DNA of 63,979 nt, filler included, from Pirum gemmata (Eukaryota): assembly GCA_002812295.1 (NCBI GenBank). It is 16 parts of 16 records of this genome, joined end to end, with 100 filler letters (N's around TTAATTAATTAA, not from the genome) between each part and the next. Parts side by side here need not be neighbours in the genome. Positions count along the whole stretch, not along the records: positions 36,294 to 40,216 come from PDIN01001708.1; positions 40,317 to 44,237 come from PDIN01001709.1; positions 44,338 to 48,276 come from PDIN01001710.1; positions 48,377 to 52,333 come from PDIN01001711.1; 12 more parts are not named here. One strand, written 5' to 3'. Numbering within the stretch: position 1 is the stretch's first letter; every line of letters starts with the position of its first letter. The translations under genes were made by a program, and so were the position numbers. The notes beneath the pieces were generated by a model, which had not been told where the DNA came from, ran no database searches, and worked only from the letters and a program-made list of their open reading frames with translations. This document shows positions 37,277 through 48,438 of the stretch, one piece after another.

Positions 37277-40200
37277 CAAACTAGACTATGTGTAGCGTTA
37301 GGCTATCATAATATGGAGAAATTTTTTTTTTTGAAAAAAAAACAGGTGGGCTCAATTGAGTGTAAGCATGGGCTCAATTGAGGTTTTTTTCGGACCGATA
37401 GAGTTGCTGTGACTGGGACTCAGATTTGGGACTTTTATATAATATTATCATATCATAATATCATAATATCATAAATCTCTAGCTAGCCTAGTCTAGCTAA
37501 GCTAGCTAGCTACTAGCTAGTAGAGTGTATCTAGGTATCTAGCTATCGATAGTAGCTATCATAGTAGCTCTAGCTAGCTACTATCATAGTATCATATCAC
37601 GATAGGTAGCTACTATCATAGTAGCCAGCTAGCTATCGTAGAATAGCTAGTAGGTAGCTACTATTTGGGACTTTTATCTACTGAGTCAATATGAACTTTC
37701 GAGAATTAATTATTTTTTAATAAAATAAAAAAAAATTAAAGTAAGATTTTCTTTTCTTTTTTTTTTTTTTCTTTTTTTGGCGAAAATCTAAAAAACTCTC
37801 AAAATCCAAAAAATCTCAAAATGCTACATTTTTAAAAAAAAAATGAAACTTTATGAAAGTACTACCAAAATTTGAGAAAATATATGAACCAATGACAATT
37901 TTTTAAAAATAATTTGGCTACAGAAAAGAAGTCAAAAAAAAAAAAAAAAAAATTCTAAAATGAAAGACTCTGTAGACCTCTATCGATTTAAAAAAAAAAA
38001 GGGGGTGAATGTAGACTACTGTGAATGTGTTAGTCGAAAAATTTCGAAAACTCCCTGTTAGGTCTACTAGACTAGCTAGAGTAGTGGATTTTCTGCAGAA
38101 AAAAAAAAAGTGAAAGGCAGGAAAAAATCCTGCGTTTTTTTAGCTGTTTTACGGGTAGAGACTGGGTAGAGCTGGATTTAGCCTAGCTAGCTAGTAGTAG
38201 CCGTAGCAGTCATTGAGCCTAGCTTGAGCTTAGTGTATCATAGCCAGCAAAACCCTCCAAATTAATGAAAAAAAAAATGCAATTTTTTTTTCTTTTTACA
38301 AATATTAGACCAAGAACTGAAGCCCTAATGATGTAAAAGTATCGATAAAACGAACCCTTTTTTGAAATTCCATTTTACTTATATTATTATTATTATTATT
38401 ATTATTATTACAAAACTTGCCAGGAGCGCACGTAGGGGAACTAGGGTGAGTTTGATATTAGGTATACTATGGTCTAGCCCTTTGGGATAGGTAACCTTGT
38501 CTAGGCTTGTTTATGCATAGTCTATCGGGGTCTATCAATCAGACAATCGATAATTTTTTTTCTTTTTCTTACAGTCAAGATCCGTTTGCATATATAGTAC
38601 GTATCATACCCTAACCCTAACCCTAACCCCACCACTAGACTATCATAGTAGACTACTCTAGTAGACGAGGGTCTAGCCAGCTGTCTAGCCAGTGTAGGTA
38701 TGTAAAAAAAAATCAATGTTGGTCTCCCAACCGACCGACCGATCCCACACCTTTGTCCCGCCCGACCCAATGTTGGGGTTCGAACCCCGACCGGAGTTTG
38801 ACATCACTGCTTCCCTCTACTACTAGCTAGATATATATGATAGCTAGCTAGCTAGGTCTAGCTAGGTCTAGCTAGCTAGCTAGAGCTAGGCTACTTCTAG
38901 CTAGCTAGACTCACTCCTAGCTAGAGTAGACTTCCACAGTCCACTTCCCTTTTTTTTTTTTTTCCATAATACCCATCCATAATTAGTCCTAGGTGTGAAA
39001 TCAAGTGTGAAATTGTCACTTTGCTGCTGTCTTTCGGGTAGGATATATATGCTTTAGAAGGGGTTGGTAATATACTGGTAGGTCTCACGGAGTCTTTTTG
39101 TAAAATTTTAATATAAATTTAGACCCGAGTGTTTCTAAGGACTAGCTAGACAAAACAATGGCTCAAAGTGGTCAAACAATCAGCGTATTCTTTAGAAAGG
39201 CTATTCAAGTATCGTTCACTGTATTATTCACTTGTTTCAAAAGGAAAATATTAAAAATCAGATAATAAATACATTCCAAGAAATTTAAATATTAAACAGC
39301 ATGCTAAAATTATGACCTTGTGAGAAGATTATATTCTAAAGTCCAGAATTCGCACATTTATCACTTTTTATCTCATAAAGTGTATATATATATAATATAT
39401 ATATATTACGTCAAAAACTCAAAATTTATTTTTAAAAAGAAATAGAAATCAACATGTTATTCTATGCATGCATATTATCTGTGCACGAGTATATATATCT
39501 AAAACCGTTTAATAACGATAACAATAATAATAATAATAATAATAATATTGATGATTTTGACATTGACAATATTATTAATAATATATATATATAGCAAAAA
39601 TTCGGTTATATATATGGCCAAGGACCGAAAGACCCACATCTGGTTCCATATATATTATATATATTATGACAGAATATGCTTAAAAATGAATTAGTACAAA
39701 CAAAGGCTTTATTGTATTTAAATCGATGTTGTTGAGATGTGGCTTAAAATGCTGGTTCTAGTGATGAACATCGCCCCATAATTAGCGTAAGACTGTGGTA
39801 GACTAGTTCAGCTAGTCATGTTTACAACTAGAGTATATTAAGTATAAATCCCAATACAGACGACAACTCCAACAACATCCATAACAACGACTATAACGCT
39901 ATAATATTAGGAGCAAAAGTTAAAAATCAATACTTCTACAACAAAAGAACAGTACAATTACTAATTATAGACTGGTACTATTACTAAAAGTACAACAAGT
40001 TAAACCGAACGACAATATACTAAAGCATTATGAAACAAACAACAAATTAGAAATTAACTAGATAACTGTCCTCCTTTTTATGTAAGCTAGAACAAATGGT
40101 GACTTTAAAAAAAGAATCGCTACCATTTTCTGTTTTGATTAAAAATTATCAAAGTAATTTATTCTTCTGCTGCTGGTTGGCCATTTTTTTTTTCCTTTTT

Positions 40201-41554
40201 TTTTTTTTTTTTTTTTNNNNNNNNNNNNNNNNNNNNNNNNNNNNNNNNNNNNNNNNNNNNTTAATTAATTAANNNNNNNNNNNNNNNNNNNNNNNNNNNN
40301 NNNNNNNNNNNNNNNNATAATAATAATAATAGAGACAAAAACAATAACATTAGTAATAATAATAATAATATAGACTATATTTAGTAGATAACATCTCTAT
40401 CAGAGATGTCCAAACCCGCCTAGGCTGGGGTTCCTTGAACTTCCTTCTCGTAGTAAAACCGAAAAGAAAAAAGTCTAATAAATTTTTTTGAGTGGCCACA
40501 TGAGAAGGCCCACATCAAAAGATTCAAAACGTCAAAAAAAATTTTTTTTTTGTTGGTTATGATAATATTATGCTGTGATAATCATGATAGTGTTATGATT
40601 CATGAATCATAGTCTAATAATATTATAATATTTGCCGAAAAAAAAAAAAAAATTATAGAAAAATTATTTAGTATACAGTCTACAAGCCTATTACAAGGCC
40701 TCAGTATACAAGGCTACTTATCACTTCACAGTCTCGAGAGTCGAGAATCGAGATAGCCTTTATCGATATGATATTCGATATTTAGGATAATAGACTATCA
40801 TGCGCATTATGCGCATGCTTTTCATTTATTTTGTCACTCTAACAAATATTTATATGGGGGGTTATAGTCTTTAAATTGTCATTTTCAATTCAAGACATAG
40901 ATAATAAAATATACCAAAATATATTAAATAGATTTATATTGTATTTATTTGGTACTATTAAATTTATTGTATATTTCATGATGACAAAACAGACAAAACA
41001 GTAGGGGAAAACAGAGGGAAAACAGCTCTCTACTGTAGCTACACCACCAGACTATACTACTAAGTCTTTATGATCACATGATTCACATTAGACCTGATAT
41101 TTATTCTAATATGATAATAATAATAATTTCTAAAGACCTCTAAAGACGGTCTATTATTCTATTATTAGACTATTATTATGCCAGGACTATCTTTTTTATT
41201 TATCGATAGTCTATCATAATATTATGTAGTTTTCGCACATCGTTCTATGCCTCTATATTGGGGTGTCCCACTGTCCCCCCGGTAGTGAGTCTACTGACTG
41301 GATCTAGCTAGCTAGCATCCTTTCTTTTTGCCACCGACCTTTGATCTAGGACCTTTGATAGTGTTGGTAGACTGGTAGTGGATATATAAGATATTTAAAA
41401 AAAAGACTTATTAGTATAATTGTTATGATAATTATATATTATCATAATTATTATTTACATCTGGATATTTACAGTATATTTAGTATCATATATTTACTAT
41501 ATTTACACATATCATAGGATTCATAGCAAAAAAAATAGCTAACTAGTAGCAGCT

Positions 41555-42320
41555 AGTGTTTGGTATCGATTATTTTTACATCGATTTTTTCATCACAACT
41601 ATCGATAATTTACCCAAAAAAAATTATCGATGTGCATTTTTTCTATTTTTTTTTTTACCGAAAAGGCATCGATTTTACTTATGAAGTTTTCGATTTTTAT
41701 CGAAAAAAATCGATTTTGTCATTATAATTTTCGATTTTTATCGAAAAAAAATCGATTTAGCCTTTTACAATTTTCGATAAAATCGAAAAAAAATCGATTT
41801 TGCCTTTACGTTTTTCGATAAAAATCGAAAAAGAATCGATTTGCCTTGATGATTTTTCGATAAAAATCGAAAAAAATCGATTTTGCTTTTATGATTTCTC
41901 GATAAAAATCGAAAAAAATCGATTTTGCTTTTACGATTTTCGATAAAAATCGAAAAAAAATCGATTTTGTTTCCCAATTTATTTTAAAAAAATCGATGAA
42001 AATATTTATCGATTTTTTTATAGAAAACAAAGAACAATCGATTCGTACGATAGGTCTAGCTAAACTTCTATATAGCTAGCTAGCTCTAGCTAGTAGGTCT
42101 AGCTAGCTAGCCTATGATACTAGCTATCATATCTAGTAGCCTCGACTAAGCTAGCTAGCTAGGTCAGCTAGGTAGACTCTACTCTAGCTAGCTAGTAGAC
42201 TAGATTCGATAAATATCGAAGCTCTCAAACCAAACATCGATTTTTTTTCGATATATATCGAAATTTTAAAAACGCCAATCGATATTGAAAAAAACTATAT
42301 TTTTGGTAAACAAGTCGATG
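41555..42320. mobile_element. hAT-like non-autonomous element with ATCGAT/TCGA-rich internal minisatellite (unit about 34 bp, 41685-41970)
   Basis: It starts TAGTGTTTGGTATCGAT, and the first 56 bp are identical at 44182-44237. It contains an array of ttttcgataaaaatcgaaaaaaatcgattttgc repeats. The right boundary is uncertain. Confidence 0.65.
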
Positions 42321-42352
42321 ATATTATATCAATAATAAAGGAGGAGTAGTAC

Positions 42353-42587
42353 AGGAGGGATGAGATGACGTCATCTTATCAATTGGATGCTCAGACCGGC
42401 GAACTTCCAGAAATTTTCCTAAAGTTACTATAAATAGTATAATAAACTCTTTTTAAAGTAACTACTTAAATAGGTAGTTACTAAATAAATAATTATAAAT
42501 ACTAAATATGGTAAGGCGAAACAGGCGAACAACATTTACTTTGTGCCTCGGTCAAAAAAGTTCGCCATAAGAGTTCTCACCCCTCCT
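42353..42587 (-). mobile_element. Second copy of the 235-bp AGGAGGG-TIR MITE
   Basis: Reverse complement of 20742-20976 with few substitutions. Confidence 0.85.
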
Positions 42588-42651
42588 GTAGATACTGTCA
42601 CTCAAATATTTAGTCTAGTCTACCACTAGCTAGAGTAGGTCAGAGTGACTA

Positions 42652-42883
42652 AGTAGGGGTGAGATATCTACTGGAACTTTTTTCGAACAGGTGCTTATCG
42701 AGCCAACCTCAGTTCCGTGGTCCTTACTAATAATAGCAGTTAAATAGCTTTAAATAGTAAATCTAATTATAATAGTTACCAATTAGAGTAATGATATTAA
42801 CATTAATAGTAATAAACCCATAAAAATCGGAAAAGTTCCAGCAGCTGTTCGGTAATAAAAAATGACGTCATCTCACCCCTACT
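42652..42883. mobile_element. Related 232-bp MITE with AGTAGGGGTGAGAT TIRs and a perfect 8-bp TSD
   Basis: AGTGACTA|AGTAGGGGTGAGAT...ATCTCACCCCTACT|AGTGACTA. Confidence 0.85.
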
Positions 42884-43184
42884 AGTGACTACTAGCTAGG
42901 TCTAGTTTTTTACTGAGTTTTTTTTTAAAAATATTTTTATAATAAAATTTCAGTTGTTTTGTCATCATAAAAATAAAATAAAAAGTACCAAATTAATACA
43001 ATATGAGCCCATTTTATTTAATTTGGTATATTTTATTATTTATTTGTTAATTTAAAGAAGTCAATTTAAATATTATAACCAAGCAAATAAATGAAAAGCA
43101 CTAGCTAGAACTTTGACTACTCTATTCTATCTACTAGCTAGCTATCTAGCTATCGATAGATATAGTCTAGCTATACAAGAACCT

Positions 43185-43325
43185 GGGAGCGTTCAATAAT
43201 TACGTAACACCGATTTGGGTTATGTCATATTACGAAAACTTACCCCACTACTGCGTCACGGCCTGTCACAATAATCCGACCCCCCCTACCTACACCCAAG
43301 CGTTACGTAATTATTGAACGCTCCC
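43185..43325. mobile_element. PIF/Harbinger-like MITE with perfect 24-bp TIR
   Basis: GGGAGCGTTCAATAATTACGTAAC ... GTTACGTAATTATTGAACGCTCCC|TTA. Confidence 0.85.
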
Positions 43326-43421
43326 TTAGAGTCCAATATAATAATATTATGATCATAAATCGTGTTTTCAATAGTGTTGTTCACTATATAGGTGTTGTTC
43401 AGTTCACAAACTGAAATAAAC

Positions 43422-43483
<62 letters not shown>

Positions 43484-44383
43484 TATTATTATCAGTGTAT
43501 GTTATATGATTAAACATGATTAAAAATAACATTTGTACAAATAAAGTGTTTGCACACATCTCACATCGAGTCAAACATCACTGTGACACCACTAGTAGCT
43601 AGCTAGCTAGCTAATAGCGCTGTGACATGCCAGTAACGTCCAGTAACTATGATAACTCACATACTTATGTGACATAATCACATTATTACTTGTATTGATA
43701 AGTATCATAGCTAGCTAGCTAGCTAGTTTTAGTGGTGGGAGGTGTATTGATAGATAGATATCGATAGTAGTAGATCAGACAGACTATAGATATCGATAAC
43801 AACTGATAGACTAATAATAAGACGTCTAGCTAGCTAAAGCTAGCTAGTAGAATTTCTAGTAGAATAGCTAACTGGATTCCACGATACAATGCTTATCTAA
43901 TATGATAGATACATCATACATGGTACGGCAGGGGGGGGGGGTATAATCATATCATATCATAATATGATAATATTTTTACTGAGTAGCTATTTTTTTTTTT
44001 TTTTTGGAACAAGTTTTTCTGTTTTTTGTTTTTTGCAACAAGTGTTTTTTGGTTCTAACAAACTAAGCGAACGAAGCACTGCCCAGTCGGAAGCAGCAGT
44101 ATTAAAAAATATAAGTCTCTACTTAGACTCTGCTATAAAATTTTTAGTACTAATAATATAAGGAATATCCTAATCTGAATTAGTGTTTGGTATCGATTAT
44201 TTTTACATCGATTTTTTCATCACAACTATCGATAATTNNNNNNNNNNNNNNNNNNNNNNNNNNNNNNNNNNNNNNNNNNNNTTAATTAATTAANNNNNNN
44301 NNNNNNNNNNNNNNNNNNNNNNNNNNNNNNNNNNNNNATTATTATTATATATATGGTTATTATTATTATATTATTATTATGTT

Positions 44384-44533
44384 ACAGCGCTTTTCTTGGC
44401 ACTTAATAATAACGATGAGATAATTGTTTACATGTTTACCAGTAGTGAAGGTCAAGAGAAAGTACGACCGGTATGGAAACGACTGAAGCAGTGACATGAA
44501 GCTTTTGGTGTTACAATTGAAGATTTGGTTGTA
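44384..44533 (+). mobile_element. Relic of a DUF6729-associated/Mutator-like transposase segment with one stop
   Basis: TALFLALNNNDEIIVYMFTSSEGQEKVRPVWKRLKQ*HEAFGV resembles the recalled N-E-x-G-x-V...LT.SEG...PM...L..RY..AGV motif. TGA at 44492 lies at the Arg position. Confidence 0.45.
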
Positions 44534-45089
44534 GTAATGATAATACTAATGCTAATAGTAATAGTATTAATAATAGAAATAGAAATAGCAGTAGTAATAT
44601 TAATAGTAATATTAATATTAATAGTAACAGTAATAGTAATACTAATTTTATTATTACTAACACTAATAATATTAATACTAATATTAATACTAATACTCAT
44701 ACTAATGGTAATACTAATACTAATAATGATACTAATATTAATACGAATACTAATACTAATGATAATGCTAATTAGTGCGCAGCTTCGCTGCGTCCTCTTG
44801 CCGTTATATAGTCACAAGCTTTATATATAATATATAATATATACAATATAATCACCCTACCTCTTTTATAACATTAATTAAAGGGAGTAAATCGCCTTGG
44901 AGTAAATCCAAAAGATGCTTGTTCATCTACCATAATATTTTGATCAAGAAATTGAGTCAAGAAAGGGACCCACAAGATGAAATATCTTACCAACGATTTG
45001 TTGATAAATACATTGATACCGGTATAACAAAAGTACACTAAAAGTAAATAATTATTACTGATTATTATATTAGTGTTAATTAATAATAA

Positions 45090-45134
<45 letters not shown>

Positions 45135-45939
45135 GAAAAGCCACATTGGCGAAATTTAATTATTTTATAAATATAGGGCTAATTTATAAATGCAAACAAG
45201 TATTGATATTTATATAATAGTTATTATTGATAAATCCAGCTGATTAAATCTACTGCGGACGGGTATAATAATATGACTATATATATATATAATACATAAT
45301 ATACATAATATATATATAGGTTATTATATTATATAATAATAATTAAATAAGACATATAAGAACTATTTTTGCATTCATATATAATATTGTAATGTATGAA
45401 TCCTATTATTATAATATATATATCTGATATGTACATCATTGTACTATCATTATGATGTATTATTGTTCCAATTTCCATAATAATAATCAATAATACATCA
45501 TAATTATACTATAATTATCATAGTGTTGTATTATAAAATTAAATTTTTTCAATTTTTTGGAAATTCTTTTTGACAAAATTAAGGAGTTCAATGAACTCCT
45601 TGCAATTTAAATTCAAAATTCGAAAAGCAAAAATTTAGCTAGCTAGTAGAGAGTAGGGTGTATTTATCTATTATTTATCATTGATATATCGATATAAATA
45701 AAACTATGATAGACTATTTTAGGAATCATCCATCTGAATCATCCATACGTCACCCAATCTTACCTATGCCTCTTTGTCCAAAACACTTTTGGTCATAATT
45801 TTAAAGTTCATTTAATAATTAAATCCTGCCTAAAACAGTTTAAGTCACACTTTCGAGCAATGACTTCTATCAAAGAATAAGTGACGTCCTTTATGAATGT
45901 ACTATGATAATTTTACTACCTACATAATTTATAATTNTT

Positions 45940-45979
<40 letters not shown>

Positions 45980-48438
45980 AAGTCCTTGATTGAAGCCGCG
46001 GATAAAACTGCAAAACTGTAAATTTTTTTTTTAGACTTCTTTTCTAAAAACCTTTTTAAAAAATAATAATAATTATTATTCTTTTTATTTTTTAAAAAAT
46101 AGCTGATATCTCTTTAATGCTAACTAGTTTTTGAAAGCTGGTCACTTGTTCTTTGATAGAAGCCATTGCTCGAAAGTGTGACTTAAACTGTTTTAGGCAG
46201 TAATTAATTATTAAAATGAACTTTAAAATTATGACCAAAAGTGTTTTGGACAAAGATGCATATATAGGTATCATTAGGTGACGTAATGTGACAGTGTGTG
46301 ACGTCCTTTATATGGATGATTTCATATGGGGATGCCGTTACTAGCTACTAGAGCTACTAGAGCCCTAGTTTAACAGGGGGTAGACTGGTAGTAGTGCTAC
46401 CAAGCTCTAGCTAGGGGATGTTGCAATTTTTATTAGGCTTGGCCTAAAGAAATAAAAATATTTGATCAGTATTTTTATTTTTTGACCAAATCAGATCATA
46501 GACTTTCGCGACTTTCAGTAGCTAAGGAGGCATTCAAATAATACGTCACGTCAAGGGGTAGGTAGGTAGGTGGTGTTTGACCGGAAATTAACGTCGAGGG
46601 GTAGGTAGAAACTGTAGGTAGGTAGGGGTATTTGAAGCTGTATTTGACTAGCCATACATATGGTTTTTGAAAGCTGGTCACTTATTCTTTGACAGAAGTC
46701 ATTGCTCGAAAGTGTGACTTAAACTGTTTTAGGCAGTAATTAATTATTAAAATGAACTTTAAAATTTGACCAAAAGTGTTTTGGACAAAGAGATTAGGAG
46801 ACGTCCTTTATATGGATGATTCCTAGCTAGAAGCTAGCTACTATCATAGTATCATAGCTATTTTAAAAAGTAGCTATAGACTACTGGAAGATCATACGTT
46901 TTCCAGCCCTACTCCTAAAAAATTGAAAATCCTAGAATTTTAAAAAAAATAAAAAATCCCTTTATTATAATAATTTATAATATTATAAAAGTATATCATA
47001 ATAAACCACAGATAAATCCCCATCAAAATTACTATAATAAAGTAAAAAAAAGTAAAACAAATCCGAATCAGACTCCACGGTCTCTCCACCGTTTCCACGA
47101 ACCGGAAGCCTCAAAAGTCAACCAGTAGCTAGGCCCCCAGAACACCAGTCTACCGTTGGGCGGGGTCTATCAGACTCTATCTAGATTATATATTATAATA
47201 TTATTATATAATTGTCTACATCGATAAAAAAAAAGATAAAAATTTTTTTTTTAAAAAATAATAATAAAAAAAATAAAAAATAAAAAAAAGGAGCAACCGT
47301 CCATAGCCTAAGCCAGGCTAGCACGTCATTTTTTTATAGGCCTATTTTTATCACAATATTATAGTGTTATTATATACCCTAGCTAAAGTTATATACCCCA
47401 ATCTATAATAATATACTAATAATATTATGTATATAATAATATTATTATGATATCACTTGAACTTTTGCCTTTTCTAGTTATTTTTCTTTCCAGTTTTTCT
47501 TTTTTTGTTTTTTCAATTATTATTTATATATAAACTTCTTTTGTGGTTTTCTACCAGCCAGTATCATATCGATAATATTAAAAATAAATCATTGCATTGA
47601 TTTATTGTTTTCTTTTTTATTTCTTTTTTTTTTTTTTTTTTGATAAATAAACAAATAAGAGTTTTCTATATTGTAATATATCTCTTTTCGTACTCTTACA
47701 ACTAGCTAACATCCATTGATTAACTTAATTCTAATTTTTTAAAAAATAGGTAGGAAGAAAACATTCATCAATAATTATTTTAATGAATTTAATTAAAAAA
47801 TAAGAAATCATTTGAAAAACAAATATCAACATCAAACAACCTTAACGAAGCAGCAAACATATTATATTGGAAAATAGGACAGCAAGAAATAAACCTAATC
47901 CAATGCCAATAATAAAACTTAATAACAGCCATTTACACTAGTTAATTAAGCTTAGTATTAATTAATGGTAGGAGTGCTATAAGGTCAGAGTTAAGAAGGA
48001 AGTGTTAGGCCGTGTTCGGTTTAGTTAGAGATAATAGGTTAGGGTTAGGATAAAATTAGGGTTAAAACGTACCCATGGGTTAGTGTTTGCTTAGAGTTAG
48101 GACTGAGTGATTGGGGTTAAGGTTAATATAATAAAGTTAGGGTTGGAAGCTCGAGGTGTTATGGCTAGGGGTTTTATATGGTTATGCATTTCTAAATTAG
48201 CTATATAAACCCATGCAAATGGGCGGGGTCTATATATTAATTAATAAGTTCGAAATGTTCAAGCTTACAATTAAGTNNNNNNNNNNNNNNNNNNNNNNNN
48301 NNNNNNNNNNNNNNNNNNNNTTAATTAATTAANNNNNNNNNNNNNNNNNNNNNNNNNNNNNNNNNNNNNNNNNNNNATTATTATTATTATTATTATTATT
48401 AACAATCTACTTTACATTTTTCATATAATTTTAATTAG

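Noticed and set aside
38776..38792. tRNA gene suggested by GGTTCGAACC
   Set aside because: No acceptor stem, D arm or anticodon arm could be built, and the T-stem is imperfect on both strands.
41685..41970. CRISPR-like array of repeats of about 34 bp
   Set aside because: The units are contiguous without unique spacers, the context is eukaryotic, and there are no cas genes. It is a TE minisatellite.
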